From Escherichia coli (GTDB lineage Bacteria; Pseudomonadota; Gammaproteobacteria; Enterobacterales; Enterobacteriaceae), in the NCBI RefSeq assembly GCF_003790525.1, contig NZ_CP033635.1: a stretch of 64,000 nucleotides of DNA; one strand, written 5' to 3'. Positions within the stretch are counted from its first letter, which is position 1, and each line of letters opens with the position of its first letter. A program made the position numbers and the translations under genes. Below are positions 43,174 through 56,461 of this stretch, one piece after another. The notes beneath the pieces were generated by a model, which was not told the origin of the DNA, ran no database searches, and saw only the letters and a list, made by a program, of their open reading frames with translations.

Positions 43174-44271
43174 GTGATTAAATTTCTCTCTGCATTAATT
43201 CTTCTACTGGTTACGACGGCGGTTCAGGCTGAGCGTATTCGCGATCTCACCAGTGTTCAGGGGGTAAGGCAAAACTCACTGATTGGCTATGGCCTGGTGG
43301 TGGGGCTGGATGGCACCGGTGACCAGACAACTCAGACGCCGTTTACCACACAAACGCTTAATAACATGCTCTCACAGCTGGGAATTACCGTTCCGACGGG
43401 CACCAATATGCAGCTAAAAAACGTCGCTGCGGTAATGGTGACGGCGTCACTTCCACCGTTTGGACGCCAGGGGCAAACCATTGACGTGGTGGTTTCTTCC
43501 ATGGGAAATGCCAAAAGTCTGCGTGGCGGTACGTTATTGATGACACCGCTTAAGGGCGTTGACAGTCAGGTGTATGCGCTGGCACAGGGCAATATTCTGG
43601 TTGGCGGCGCAGGGGCCTCCGCTGGCGGTAGCAGTGTTCAGGTGAACCAACTGAACGGTGGACGGATCACCAATGGTGCGGTTATTGAACGTGAATTGCC
43701 CAGCCAGTTTGGCGTCGGGAATACCCTTAATTTGCAACTTAACGACGAAGATTTCAGTATGGCGCAGCAAATCGCTGACACCATCAACCGCGTGCGTGGA
43801 TATGGCAGCGCCACCGCGTTAGATGCGCGGACTATTCAGGTGCGCGTACCGAGTGGCAACAGTTCCCAGGTCCGTTTCCTTGCCGATATCCAGAATATGC
43901 AGGTTAATGTTACCCCGCAGGACGCTAAAGTAGTGATTAACTCGCGCACTGGTTCGGTGGTGATGAATCGCGAAGTGACCCTCGACAGCTGCGCGGTAGC
44001 GCAGGGGAATCTCTCGGTTACGGTAAATCGGCAGGCCAATGTCAGCCAGCCAGATACACCGTTTGGTGGCGGGCAGACTGTGGTTACTCCACAAACGCAG
44101 ATCGATTTACGCCAGAGCGGCGGTTCGCTGCAAAGCGTACGTTCCAGCGCCAGCCTCAATAACGTGGTGCGTGCGCTCAATGCGCTGGGCGCTACGCCGA
44201 TGGATCTGATGTCCATACTGCAATCAATGCAAAGTGCGGGATGTCTGCGGGCAAAACTGGAAATCATCTGA
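43174..44271 (+). CDS. flgI: flagellar P-ring protein FlgI
   Basis: 365-aa product, probable GTG start ([20 protein letters not shown] signal peptide). Confidence 0.92.
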   Translation: MIKFLSALILLLVTTAVQAERIRDLTSVQGVRQNSLIGYGLVVGLDGTGDQTTQTPFTTQTLNNMLSQLGITVPTGTNMQLKNVAAVMVTASLPPFGRQGQTIDVVVSSMGNAKSLRGGTLLMTPLKGVDSQVYALAQGNILVGGAGASAGGSSVQVNQLNGGRITNGAVIERELPSQFGVGNTLNLQLNDEDFSMAQQIADTINRVRGYGSATALDARTIQVRVPSGNSSQVRFLADIQNMQVNVTPQDAKVVINSRTGSVVMNREVTLDSCAVAQGNLSVTVNRQANVSQPDTPFGGGQTVVTPQTQIDLRQSGGSLQSVRSSASLNNVVRALNALGATPMDLMSILQSMQSAGCLRAKLEII

Positions 44272-45212
44272 TGATCAGCGACAGCAAACTACTGGCAAGT
44301 GCGGCCTGGGATGCACAATCGCTCAACGAACTTAAGGCGAAAGCGGGCGAAGATCCGGCGGCAAATATCCGTCCGGTGGCCCGCCAGGTGGAAGGGATGT
44401 TCGTGCAGATGATGTTGAAAAGCATGCGCGACGCTTTACCAAAAGATGGCCTGTTCAGCAGCGAGCACACTCGCCTGTATACCAGTATGTATGACCAGCA
44501 GATTGCCCAACAGATGACGGCGGGCAAAGGTCTGGGGCTGGCAGAGATGATGGTTAAACAGATGACGCCAGAACAACCATTGCCAGAGGAGTCCATGCCA
44601 GCAGCACCGATGAAATTCCCGCTCGAAACCGTGGTGCGTTATCAAAATCAGACGCTTTCGCAGCTGGTGCAAAAGGCCGTACCACGTAACTACGATGATT
44701 CGCTGCCGGGTGACAGTAAAGCATTCCTCGCGCAACTCTCGTTGCCCGCCCAACTGGCAAGCCAGCAAAGCGGTGTGCCACATCATTTGATCTTCGCTCA
44801 GGCGGCGCTGGAATCTGGCTGGGGACAACGGCAAATCCGCCGTGAAAACGGCGAGCCGAGCTATAACCTGTTTGGCGTCAAAGCCTCTGGCAACTGGAAA
44901 GGGCCAGTCACTGAAATCACCACGACTGAATATGAAAATGGCGAAGCGAAGAAAGTAAAAGCGAAGTTTCGGGTCTACAGCTCGTATCTGGAAGCATTGT
45001 CGGATTACGTTGGGCTGTTAACGCGTAACCCGCGCTACGCCGCCGTGACGACCGCCGCGAGTGCGGAGCAGGGGGCGCAGGCCCTACAGGACGCGGGCTA
45101 TGCCACCGATCCTCACTATGCCCGCAAACTCACCAGCATGATTCAGCAGATGAAATCGATAAGCGACAAGGTGAGCAAAACCTACAGCATGAACATTGAT
45201 AATCTGTTCTGA
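44271..45212 (+). CDS. flgJ: flagellar rod-assembly protein / peptidoglycan hydrolase FlgJ
   Basis: 313-aa product from [14 protein letters not shown]; ATG overlaps flgI stop (ATGA). Confidence 0.92.
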   Translation: MISDSKLLASAAWDAQSLNELKAKAGEDPAANIRPVARQVEGMFVQMMLKSMRDALPKDGLFSSEHTRLYTSMYDQQIAQQMTAGKGLGLAEMMVKQMTPEQPLPEESMPAAPMKFPLETVVRYQNQTLSQLVQKAVPRNYDDSLPGDSKAFLAQLSLPAQLASQQSGVPHHLIFAQAALESGWGQRQIRRENGEPSYNLFGVKASGNWKGPVTEITTTEYENGEAKKVKAKFRVYSSYLEALSDYVGLLTRNPRYAAVTTAASAEQGAQALQDAGYATDPHYARKLTSMIQQMKSISDKVSKTYSMNIDNLF

Positions 45213-45277
45213 ATAACTCAAGTCCGGCGGGTCGCTGCCGATAATACTCTGTAATTGAAGGCTTATAAGGAACCTCC

Positions 45278-46921
45278 ATGTCCAGCTTGATCAATAACGC
45301 CATGAGCGGACTGAACGCGGCCCAGGCGGCGTTAAATACGGCAAGTAATAATATCTCCAGCTATAACGTTGCCGGATATACCCGCCAAACCACTATTATG
45401 GCGCAGGCCAATAGCACGTTGGGCGCTGGCGGCTGGGTTGGCAATGGCGTCTACGTTTCTGGTGTGCAGCGTGAGTATGATGCGTTTATTACCAACCAGT
45501 TACGTGCTGCGCAGACGCAAAGTAGCGGCCTGACTGCCCGCTATGAGCAGATGTCGAAAATCGACAATATGCTCTCCACCAGTACCTCTTCGTTGGCAAC
45601 ACAGATGCAGGATTTCTTCACCAGCCTGCAAACGCTGGTGAGTAACGCGGAAGACCCGGCAGCGCGCCAGGCGCTGATTGGGAAATCAGAAGGGTTGGTG
45701 AATCAGTTTAAAACCACCGATCAATATCTGCGCGACCAGGACAAACAGGTCAATATCGCGATAGGTGCCAGCGTTGATCAGATCAACAATTACGCTAAAC
45801 AAATCGCCAGCCTGAACGATCAGATCTCCCGCCTGACAGGCGTGGGGGCAGGGGCGTCACCTAACAATCTGCTGGATCAACGCGATCAACTGGTGAGCGA
45901 ATTAAACCAGATTGTTGGCGTAGAAGTCAGCGTTCAGGATGGTGGCACTTATAACATCACGATGGCCAATGGCTACTCACTGGTTCAGGGAAGTACGGCG
46001 CGGCAGCTGGCGGCAGTTCCTTCCAGCGCCGACCCTTCTCGTACGACTGTCGCTTATATTGATGGGACGGCTGGCAATATTGAGATCCCGGAGAAATTGC
46101 TGAATACCGGGTCGCTGGGCGGCATTCTGACATTCCGTTCTCAGGATCTGGACCAGACGCGTAATACGCTCGGACAACTGGCGCTGGCATTTGCCGAGGC
46201 TTTCAACACCCAACACAAAGCCGGATTTGATGCTAACGGCGATGCCGGTGAAGATTTCTTTGCTATCGGTAAGCCCGCGGTTCTGCAAAACACGAAAAAC
46301 AAAGGTGACGTTGCGATCGGTGCAACGGTAACTGATGCCTCCGCGGTACTGGCGACAGATTACAAAATCTCGTTCGATAATAATCAGTGGCAGGCCACCC
46401 GCCTTGCCAGCAATACCACTTTTACGGTGACGCCGGATGCCAACGGTAAAGTGGCATTTGATGGTCTGGAGTTGACGTTTACAGGAACGCCTGCCGTTAA
46501 CGACAGCTTCACGTTGAAACCGGTAAGTGACGCCATCGTCAACATGGATGTATTAATCACTGACGAAGCGAAAATCGCCATGGCGAGCGAAGAAGATGTG
46601 GGTGATAGCGACAACCGCAACGGTCAGGCCCTGCTGGATCTGCAAAGCAACAGTAAAACGGTGGGCGGTGCGAAATCCTTTAACGACGCTTATGCCTCGT
46701 TAGTGAGTGATATCGGTAATAAAACCGCGACGTTGAAAACCAGTAGCGCCACGCAAGGTAATGTGGTGACGCAGCTTTCCAATCAGCAGCAGTCGATTTC
46801 CGGTGTCAATCTCGATGAGGAGTACGGAAATCTGCAACGTTTTCAGCAGTATTACCTGGCGAATGCGCAGGTTCTGCAGACGGCAAACGCGATTTTTGAT
46901 GCGCTGATTAACATTCGCTAA
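45278..46921 (+). CDS. flgK: flagellar hook-associated protein 1 FlgK
   Basis: 547-aa ORF. Confidence 0.93.
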   Translation: MSSLINNAMSGLNAAQAALNTASNNISSYNVAGYTRQTTIMAQANSTLGAGGWVGNGVYVSGVQREYDAFITNQLRAAQTQSSGLTARYEQMSKIDNMLSTSTSSLATQMQDFFTSLQTLVSNAEDPAARQALIGKSEGLVNQFKTTDQYLRDQDKQVNIAIGASVDQINNYAKQIASLNDQISRLTGVGAGASPNNLLDQRDQLVSELNQIVGVEVSVQDGGTYNITMANGYSLVQGSTARQLAAVPSSADPSRTTVAYIDGTAGNIEIPEKLLNTGSLGGILTFRSQDLDQTRNTLGQLALAFAEAFNTQHKAGFDANGDAGEDFFAIGKPAVLQNTKNKGDVAIGATVTDASAVLATDYKISFDNNQWQATRLASNTTFTVTPDANGKVAFDGLELTFTGTPAVNDSFTLKPVSDAIVNMDVLITDEAKIAMASEEDVGDSDNRNGQALLDLQSNSKTVGGAKSFNDAYASLVSDIGNKTATLKTSSATQGNVVTQLSNQQQSISGVNLDEEYGNLQRFQQYYLANAQVLQTANAIFDALINIR

Positions 46922-46932
46922 GGGGAGATAAA

Positions 46933-47886
46933 ATGCGTTTCAGTACCCAGATGATGTACCAGCAAAACATGCGCGGCATCACCAATTCTCAGGCAGAATG
47001 GATGAAGTACGGTGAACAGATGTCGACGGGTAAGCGAGTCGTTAACCCTTCAGATGATCCCATTGCTGCATCACAAGCTGTTGTTCTCTCCCAGGCACAG
47101 GCGCAAAACAGCCAGTACACGCTGGCGCGTACTTTCGCCACTCAAAAAGTGTCACTGGAAGAGAGTGTACTTAGCCAGGTCACCACTGCTATCCAGAATG
47201 CTCAGGAAAAAATTGTCTACGCCAGCAATGGCACCTTGAGTGACGATGACCGGGCCTCGCTGGCTACGGATATTCAGGGGCTTCGTGACCAGTTGCTGAA
47301 TCTGGCGAACACCACTGACGGTAACGGGCGCTACATTTTTGCCGGTTATAAAACAGAATCCGCACCGTTTAGCGAGGTGGATGGCAAATACGAAGGCGGA
47401 GCAGAAAGTATTAAACAACAGGTCGATGCTTCGCGTTCGATGGTGATAGGGCACACGGGGGACAAAATTTTCGACAGTATTACCAGCAACGCGGTAGCGG
47501 AACCAGACGGTAGCGCTTCTGAAACCAATCTTTTTGCCATGCTGGATAGCGCCATCGCAGCCCTGAAAACGCCGGTCGCGGATAGCGAAGCGGATAAAGA
47601 AACCGCCGCTGCGGCACTGGATAAAACCAACCGCGGACTGAAAAACTCGCTGAACAATGTGCTGACTGTTCGCGCGGAATTAGGCACGCAGCTGAACGAA
47701 CTGGAGTCGCTGGATTCATTAGGTAGCGATCGCGCTTTAGGGCAAACGCAGCAGATGAGCGATCTGGTTGATGTGGACTGGAATGCAACTATTTCATCTT
47801 ACATCATGCAGCAAACGGCATTGCAGGCGTCGTATAAAGCATTTACCGATATGCAGGGATTGTCGCTCTTCCAGCTCAACAAATAA
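46933..47886 (+). CDS. flgL: flagellar hook-associated protein 3 FlgL
   Basis: 317-aa ORF. Confidence 0.93.
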   Translation: MRFSTQMMYQQNMRGITNSQAEWMKYGEQMSTGKRVVNPSDDPIAASQAVVLSQAQAQNSQYTLARTFATQKVSLEESVLSQVTTAIQNAQEKIVYASNGTLSDDDRASLATDIQGLRDQLLNLANTTDGNGRYIFAGYKTESAPFSEVDGKYEGGAESIKQQVDASRSMVIGHTGDKIFDSITSNAVAEPDGSASETNLFAMLDSAIAALKTPVADSEADKETAAAALDKTNRGLKNSLNNVLTVRAELGTQLNELESLDSLGSDRALGQTQQMSDLVDVDWNATISSYIMQQTALQASYKAFTDMQGLSLFQLNK

Positions 47887-47980
47887 TTTCGCTTTAAAAC
47901 ATATCATGAAACTGGGTATGTTTTGTCTGCCTGCTCTGGGATCGCCGGGGCGGGCATTTTTTTGCATGAGACATAACGAA

Positions 47981-48764
<784 letters not shown>

Positions 48765-48847
48765 AAATATATCCTTCGGCTTTGCGTGGATGATAATTAT
48801 ACAGCACATGTAACGCTAATGTCATTACAGCAAAGATGCTACCCCTG

Positions 48848-48880
48848 AAATAAAAAAGCCCTGGCAGTTACCAGGGCTTG
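48848..48880 (-). terminator. rho-independent terminator downstream of rne
   Basis: minus strand hairpin gccctggtaactgccagggc followed by T-run ttttttattt. Confidence 0.65.
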
Positions 48881-48897
48881 ATTACTTGAGCTAATTA

Positions 48898-51800
48898 TTA
48901 CTCAACAGGTTGCGGACGCGCAGGAGCGGCAGAGGCATGATGCGTTGCCGTATGACCTCCTGCGGCACCTTTGCCTTCGAAGGCAAAAGTAGGGCGCTGC
49001 CAGTCACTGTGACGCGGTGCCTCCGGAACATATTCCGGTGCCGGAGCGCGCGTCATTGGCGCGGTAGCGTGGTTATGCTCAACGGTGATCTCTGGTTCAA
49101 CCGCGGCTACCGTTTCAACTTCTGCTGCGACTGGTGCGGCAGGTTGAGCAACAACTTCAGGTTCAGCAACCACAACCTCAGCAGTTTCGGCAACTTCTTC
49201 AATATCAGCCGTCTCTTCCTGCGGTTCAACTACCGGTTCTGCGTGTTCTGCAACTTCCTGGGCTACGGCAACATCAGACTCGGTAATCACCTGCGGCTGT
49301 TCAGTTACCGCGGCGGCAATTACTTCAGGATGCGTCGTTTCAACCACTTCCGGTTGCGGTTCGGCAACGTGAACGGGGGCTTCTACGACTTCAGCCACTT
49401 CTTCAACAACCGGTGCGCTAACAACCGGTTCGACAGCGGCGGCGACAGGGACCTCAGTCACCATCGGCTGCACTTGTACTTCTTCCTGTTCGCGCTGCTC
49501 TTCAACCTGTACATCTTGTGGACGTACAATCGGATAGCGGATCCAGACTTTGCCAGAGGCCAGTTCCGGAGACGCGCACGCTACGGTCAACGGCATTGGC
49601 GATTGGGTTGGATAACGCTCGTCACGATAGCGACGACGACGCTGACCACTCACGCGCAGGTGACGAGGCGAGCGGCGAGAACGACGCGGCATGCCACCGT
49701 TGTCACGGTTATCGGCATTGTTCTCTTCTTGCTGTTCTGGTGCAGCTTGCGCTACGACTGGCAGCGGGACTTTCACCAGTTCTGTGCGTGGAGCTGGCGC
49801 TTCCTGAACAATTGGTTCGCCAGCGACAGTTTCTTCAACCACCGGTGCGACTACCGCTTCTTCGGCTACGCTTTGCTCGTAACGCACTTTCTGATTGAGC
49901 TGACGCTGTTTACGACGCGGCTGAACCGGACGTACACGTTCTTCCTGTTCGGTTTCCTGAACAGATTGCTCTTCAACATTCAGCGCCTTCGCTTCTTGTT
50001 GCGCCTGACGTTTATCATCGTTACGGCGGCGGCTACGTTCACGACGCGGCGCTTGCTGCTCGTCGGTGGTACGCGCTTTTTCCGTTACCTCAGCCTGCTG
50101 ACGGCTCTCACGCGTCTCGACAGTCTGCTGCTGTGCCTGGCGACGATTACGACGGTTTTCTTCGCGATTATCGCTGCCTTCTGTACGTTCACTACGGGAG
50201 TCGCGGCGCTCATTACGGTCACGGCGGTTGTTCTGACGAGGCTTGCGACGATCCTGTTGACGTTCCGGTTTCGCTTCTGCTTTCGGTGCTGGTTGCTCGG
50301 CCGGTTTGGTTTCTTCACCACCGCTGAACAGCGCTTTCAGTGCGCCGAAGAAGCGGCTCAACAACCCTGGTTGTGCAGGAGATGCTGGTGTTGCCGTTGC
50401 AGCTTTAGGTGCTGGGGCTACAACAGGCGCGGCAGGTTCAGCTGGGGTTGGCGCTGGCGGCACATCCGGCATGGCAAAGGTTGCCAGCGCAGGTTGTTCC
50501 GGACGCTTACGTTCAGCGAACTCTTCTTCAGACGGCAGCGCCATCGCTTCTTCATGCAGCTTCGGCAGCATGTAGCTTAAGGTTGGAGTTTCTTCCCCTT
50601 TACGCACGCGCAGCACATGGTAGTGCGGGGTTTCCATCTGATCGTTTGGCACAATCACACAGCGCACGCCGTCCTGACGAGTTTCAATCGCATTCACTGC
50701 AGAACGTTTTTCATTCAGCAGGTAAGACGCGATTGGCACAGGAACAATGGCGTGAACTTCCTGAGTGTTCTCTTTCAGCGCTTCTTCTTCGATCAGACGC
50801 AGAATAGAGAGCGACAACGATTCGTTGTCACGCACGGTACCAGTACCGGAGCAGCGCGGGCAGACGTGATGGCTGGATTCACCCAGTGATGGGCTCAGAC
50901 GCTGACGGGACATTTCCAGCAGGCCAAAGCGAGAAATATGGCTGATTTGAATACGCGCACGGTCCTGACGCACCGCTTCACGCAGACGATTTTCTACCGC
51001 ACGCTGGTGGCGTACAGGCGTCATGTCGATGAAGTCGATAACAATCAGGCCGCCGAGGTCACGCAGGCGCAGCTGACGAGCAATCTCATCGGCAGCTTCG
51101 AGGTTAGTGTTAAACGCGGTTTCTTCGATATCGCCGCCGCGGGTCGCGCGTGCGGAGTTGATGTCGATGGCCGTTAACGCTTCGGTGCTGTCGATAACAA
51201 TCGAACCACCGGATGGCAGACGAACTTCACGCTGGAAGGCGGACTCGATCTGCGACTCGATCTGGTAGTGGCTGAACAGCGGGATCTCGCCGGTGTACAG
51301 TTTGATTTTGCTGCTGAAATCCGGGCGGCCTAATGCAGCGATATGCTGACGTGCCAGTTCGAGCACTTTCGGGTTATCGATAAGGATTTCACCGATGTCC
51401 TGGCGTAAGTAATCGCGGAATGCGCGAACGATTACGTTGCTCTCCTGATGAATCAGGAACGGAGCCGGGCGGCTTTCAGCGGCTTTTTTGATGGCTTCCC
51501 AGTGTTTCAGACGGAAGCTTAAATCCCATTGCAGCGCCTCAGCAGATTTGCCGACGCCAGCGGTGCGCACGATAAGCCCCATGCCTTCCGGCAGTTCAAG
51601 GCTTGCCAGTGCTTCTTTTAATTCGGTACGGTCGTCGCCTTCGATACGACGAGAAATGCCACCCGCGCGCGGGTTGTTCGGCATCAGAACCAGATAGCTA
51701 CCCGCCAGACTGATAAAGGTGGTTAATGCCGCGCCTTTGTTGCCGCGCTCTTCTTTATCGATCTGAACAATGACTTCCTGACCTTCACGCAACACATCTT

Positions 51801-52071
51801 TAATGTTGGGACGACCATGAGCACTGTAGTTAGCAGGGAAATATTCGCGGGCAATTTCTTTTAGTGGGAGGAAACCGTGACGTTCAGCGCCGTAATCAAC
51901 AAAAGCAGCTTCCAGACTCGGTTCAATGCGGGTGATTTTACCTTTGTAGATGTTTGCCTTTTTCTGCTCGTGCCCTGGACTTTCGATATCCAGGTCATAC
52001 AGACGCTGCCCATCTACAAGGGCAACGCGCAACTCTTCCTGCTGAGTTGCGTTGATTAACATTCTTTTCAT
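48898..52071 (-). CDS. rne: ribonuclease E
   Basis: 1057-aa ORF; N-terminal [32 protein letters not shown]1/catalytic domain; Arg-rich and acidic low-complexity C-terminal scaffold half. Confidence 0.95.
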   Translation of the reverse strand: MKRMLINATQQEELRVALVDGQRLYDLDIESPGHEQKKANIYKGKITRIEPSLEAAFVDYGAERHGFLPLKEIAREYFPANYSAHGRPNIKDVLREGQEVIVQIDKEERGNKGAALTTFISLAGSYLVLMPNNPRAGGISRRIEGDDRTELKEALASLELPEGMGLIVRTAGVGKSAEALQWDLSFRLKHWEAIKKAAESRPAPFLIHQESNVIVRAFRDYLRQDIGEILIDNPKVLELARQHIAALGRPDFSSKIKLYTGEIPLFSHYQIESQIESAFQREVRLPSGGSIVIDSTEALTAIDINSARATRGGDIEETAFNTNLEAADEIARQLRLRDLGGLIVIDFIDMTPVRHQRAVENRLREAVRQDRARIQISHISRFGLLEMSRQRLSPSLGESSHHVCPRCSGTGTVRDNESLSLSILRLIEEEALKENTQEVHAIVPVPIASYLLNEKRSAVNAIETRQDGVRCVIVPNDQMETPHYHVLRVRKGEETPTLSYMLPKLHEEAMALPSEEEFAERKRPEQPALATFAMPDVPPAPTPAEPAAPVVAPAPKAATATPASPAQPGLLSRFFGALKALFSGGEETKPAEQPAPKAEAKPERQQDRRKPRQNNRRDRNERRDSRSERTEGSDNREENRRNRRQAQQQTVETRESRQQAEVTEKARTTDEQQAPRRERSRRRNDDKRQAQQEAKALNVEEQSVQETEQEERVRPVQPRRKQRQLNQKVRYEQSVAEEAVVAPVVEETVAGEPIVQEAPAPRTELVKVPLPVVAQAAPEQQEENNADNRDNGGMPRRSRRSPRHLRVSGQRRRRYRDERYPTQSPMPLTVACASPELASGKVWIRYPIVRPQDVQVEEQREQEEVQVQPMVTEVPVAAAVEPVVSAPVVEEVAEVVEAPVHVAEPQPEVVETTHPEVIAAAVTEQPQVITESDVAVAQEVAEHAEPVVEPQEETADIEEVAETAEVVVAEPEVVAQPAAPVAAEVETVAAVEPEITVEHNHATAPMTRAPAPEYVPEAPRHSDWQRPTFAFEGKGAAGGHTATHHASAAPARPQPVE

Positions 52072-52432
52072 CGTAACTTACTCATTATTCTTACATTGAC
52101 GACTAAGCTGCGGGCAAAGTAACGCCTTTCCGGGTGTGAACCGATGGCCTCGTGTCTAGTCGCGTCGCCAACCTCACGGTTATCGTCAGCTCAAAGAGGC
52201 GCAGAGTGTCGGTTGCCCGTTTTTCATGCGGAAAAACAGCGCAATTATCAAAGAAACAGACTGGGTATTACTCTCCAGAAATATTTCCATCTACCGGTAA
52301 GGACTGCAACCCGCAGCCCGCTAACTGCCTGAAAGATCAATACGTCTTACGCCATTGCTGCGTGGATGATCGGTCGGGCAAAATGGGTTATTCCGTAAAA
52401 TTTCTTGTTTTAACAAGGATGGACACGGAAAC
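52072..52432 (-). promoter_or_regulatory. rne 5' untranslated leader (autoregulatory) and promoter region
   Basis: long non-coding region upstream of rne start; extent assigned from established knowledge of the roughly 360-nt rne leader, not resolved from sequence. Confidence 0.55.
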
Positions 52433-52526
52433 GGCCTCATTATTCCACTGCAAGCCTTGTTATAGCAAGATGACTTTTACCATTTATCACCCGCTTACTC
52501 ACAGTTTTTTCACTTCTTGCTGGTGA
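52206..52526 (+). CDS. yceQ: questionable ORF opposite the rne leader (yceQ-like)
   Basis: ORF on + strand overlapping rne leader/promoter; no recognisable domain; weak call. Confidence 0.25.
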   Translation: MSVARFSCGKTAQLSKKQTGYYSPEIFPSTGKDCNPQPANCLKDQYVLRHCCVDDRSGKMGYSVKFLVLTRMDTETASLFHCKPCYSKMTFTIYHPLTHSFFTSCW

Positions 52527-52643
52527 TTGGTTTAATAACCATCAATAAAGTGATCACGTAGTGAAGTAATAAGGTGCAAAACTAAATATAAGCATAGAAA
52601 AATGAGTGGCGCGAATCCTGTTGGCTAATTAGAATCGCCCACC

Positions 52644-53603
52644 ATGAAAACAGAGACTCCATCCGTAAAAATTGTTGCTATCACCGCTGACGAAGCGGGG
52701 CAACGTATCGATAACTTTTTGCGTACCCAATTGAAAGGTGTACCAAAAAGTATGATTTACCGTATTTTGCGTAAAGGCGAAGTGCGGGTGAACAAAAAAC
52801 GTATTAAGCCTGAATATAAACTCGAAGCGGGTGATGAGGTACGTATCCCACCGGTTCGCGTTGCTGAACGGGAAGAAGAGGCGGTTTCGCCACATCTGCA
52901 AAAGGTGGCAGCGCTGGCGGACGTCATCTTATATGAAGATGACCATATCCTGGTGCTGAATAAACCTTCCGGTACGGCGGTACATGGCGGCAGTGGTTTA
53001 AGCTTCGGCGTTATCGAAGGTTTGCGGGCGTTGCGCCCGGAAGCGCGGTTCCTTGAACTGGTTCATCGTCTCGACCGGGACACTTCAGGTGTGTTGCTGG
53101 TAGCGAAAAAACGCTCGGCGTTGCGTTCTCTGCATGAGCAATTACGTGAAAAAGGGATGCAAAAAGATTACCTGGCGCTGGTGCGCGGTCAGTGGCAGTC
53201 GCATGTGAAGAGCGTTCAAGCGCCGTTATTGAAAAATATTTTGCAAAGCGGCGAACGTATCGTGCGTGTCAGTCAGGAAGGCAAACCGTCGGAAACACGC
53301 TTTAAAGTGGAAGAACGCTATGCATTTGCCACCCTGGTGCGTTGTAGCCCGGTAACAGGGCGTACTCATCAGATCCGTGTGCATACACAATATGCGGGTC
53401 ATCCGATTGCCTTTGACGATCGCTACGGTGACCGTGAATTTGACAGACACCTCACTGAAGCAGGCACGGGATTAAATCGCCTGTTCCTGCACGCCGCAGC
53501 GTTGAAGTTTACTCATCCGGGGACCGGTGAGGTGATGCGTATTGAAGCGCCGATGGATGAAGGTTTGAAGCGTTGTTTGCAAAAGCTGCGTAACGCGCGC
53601 TAA
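52644..53603 (+). CDS. rluC: 23S rRNA pseudouridine synthase RluC
   Basis: 319-aa ORF; S4 domain plus RluA-family catalytic motif (HRLDRDTSGVLLVAK). Confidence 0.93.
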   Translation: MKTETPSVKIVAITADEAGQRIDNFLRTQLKGVPKSMIYRILRKGEVRVNKKRIKPEYKLEAGDEVRIPPVRVAEREEEAVSPHLQKVAALADVILYEDDHILVLNKPSGTAVHGGSGLSFGVIEGLRALRPEARFLELVHRLDRDTSGVLLVAKKRSALRSLHEQLREKGMQKDYLALVRGQWQSHVKSVQAPLLKNILQSGERIVRVSQEGKPSETRFKVEERYAFATLVRCSPVTGRTHQIRVHTQYAGHPIAFDDRYGDREFDRHLTEAGTGLNRLFLHAAALKFTHPGTGEVMRIEAPMDEGLKRCLQKLRNAR

Positions 53604-53713
53604 TACAAGCATATAAACCTGATAATGGGTGTTGGGGTTCAGTTCAGTTTACGCCGCATCAGGCCGCCAGCACCGATTGCCGGATGCGACGTAACCGCAT
53701 CCGGCGCAAACAA

Positions 53714-54298
53714 CTATCCCATCAGCGGGTTTTTCCCTTCCCGACGTAACATCTGACACAGCGCGATTAGCGGTAAACCAACCAGCGTGTTAGGATCACG
53801 CCCCTCTAAACGCTCAAACAGCGTAATGCCAAATCCTTCACTCTTAAAGCTACCCGCGCAGTGCAGAGGATGCTCCTTACGCACGTAATTATCAATCTCC
53901 GCCTCGCTCAGGTGACGGAAATGGACGTCAAAAGGCTCCACTTCTGTTTGCAGATGCCCATTCGCCGAATTAAACAACGCCAGTCCAGTATAGAAGGTGA
54001 CGATATTGCCGCTGGCTTTGCGTAATTGCAGACGGGCATTTTCTTCCGTTAACGGTTTACCGGTGATTTCGCCATCAAGAACACATACCTGGTCTGAACC
54101 AATAATTAAATGATCCGGATAACGTGACGCCAGAGATTGCGCTTTTTCTTGTGCCAGTCGAAGCACCAACTGTCGCGGTGATTCGTCGCTGCGTGGGGTT
54201 TCGTCGACCTCTGGTGCTGCACATTCAAAAGAGATTTGCAGTTTTTCCAGAAGAGCGCGACGCCAGGGCGAAGTGGAGGCTAAAATAAGTTTAGGCAT
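53714..54298 (-). CDS. yceF: Maf-like nucleotide pyrophosphatase YceF
   Basis: 194-aa product from [20 protein letters not shown] (Maf family). Confidence 0.9.
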
Positions 54299-54339
54299 AT
54301 TTTTTTCCATCAGATATAGCGTATTGATGATAGCCATTT

Positions 54340-55018
<679 letters not shown>

Positions 55019-55057
55019 TTGGTGCTCCCCGTTGGATCGGGGATAAACCGTAATTGA

Positions 55058-55243
<186 letters not shown>

Positions 55244-55323
55244 TCACGCGTCTGCGTGATGAAGCTTAGTGAGGATTTTCCCCAGGCAACTGGGGAAAGA
55301 CCAAACCGGGCGGCGACGATACC

Positions 55324-56394
55324 TTGACACGTCTAACCCTGGCGTTAGATGTCATGGGAGGGGATTTTGGCCCTTCCGTGACAGTGCCTGCAGCATTGCA
55401 GGCACTGAATTCTAATTCGCAACTCACTCTTCTTTTAGTCGGCAATCCCGACGCCATCACGCCATTACTTGCTAAAGCTGACTTTGAACAACGTTCGCGT
55501 CTGCAGATTATTCCTGCGCAGTCAGTTATCGCCAGTGATGCCCGGCCTTCGCAAGCTATCCGCGCCAGTCGTGGGAGTTCAATGCGCGTGGCCCTGGAGC
55601 TGGTGAAAGAGGGTCGAGCGCAAGCCTGTGTCAGTGCCGGTAATACCGGGGCGCTGATGGGGCTGGCAAAATTATTACTCAAGCCCCTGGAGGGGATTGA
55701 GCGTCCGGCGCTGGTGACGGTATTACCGCATCAGCAAAAGGGCAAAACGGTGGTCCTCGATTTAGGGGCCAACGTCGATTGTGACAGTACAATGTTGGTG
55801 CAATTTGCCATTATGGGCTCAGTTCTGGCTGAAGAGGTGGTGGAAATTCCTAATCCTCGCGTGGCGTTGCTCAATATTGGTGAAGAAGAAGTAAAGGGTC
55901 TCGACAGTATTCGGGATGCCTCAGCGGTGCTTAAAACAATCCCTTCTATCAATTATATCGGCTATCTTGAAGCCAATGAGTTGTTAACTGGCAAGACAGA
56001 TGTGCTGGTTTGTGATGGCTTTACAGGAAATGTCACATTAAAGACGATGGAAGGTGTTGTCAGGATGTTCCTTTCTCTGCTGAAATCTCAGGGTGAAGGG
56101 AAAAAACGGTCGTGGTGGCTACTGTTATTAAAGCGTTGGCTACAAAAGAGCCTGACGAGGCGATTCAGTCACCTCAACCCCGACCAGTATAACGGCGCCT
56201 GTCTGTTAGGATTGCGCGGCACGGTGATAAAAAGTCATGGTGCAGCCAATCAGCGAGCTTTTGCGGTCGCGATTGAACAGGCAGTGCAGGCGGTGCAGCG
56301 ACAAGTTCCTCAGCGAATTGCCGCTCGCCTGGAATCTGTATACCCAGCTGGTTTTGAGCTGCTGGACGGTGGCAAAAGCGGAACTCTGCGGTAG
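55324..56394 (+). CDS. plsX: phosphate acyltransferase PlsX
   Basis: 356-aa ORF (apparent TTG start) [17 protein letters not shown]. Confidence 0.9.
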
Positions 56395-56461
56395 CAGGAC
56401 GCTGCCAGCGAACTCGCAGTTTGCAAGTGACGGTATATAACCGAAAAGTGACTGAGCGTAC

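Noticed and set aside
48910-50580. 556-aa ORF on + strand
   Set aside because: Lies antisense within rne; Cys/Arg/Phe-rich nonsense composition; artefact of the repetitive, biased rne C-terminal coding sequence.
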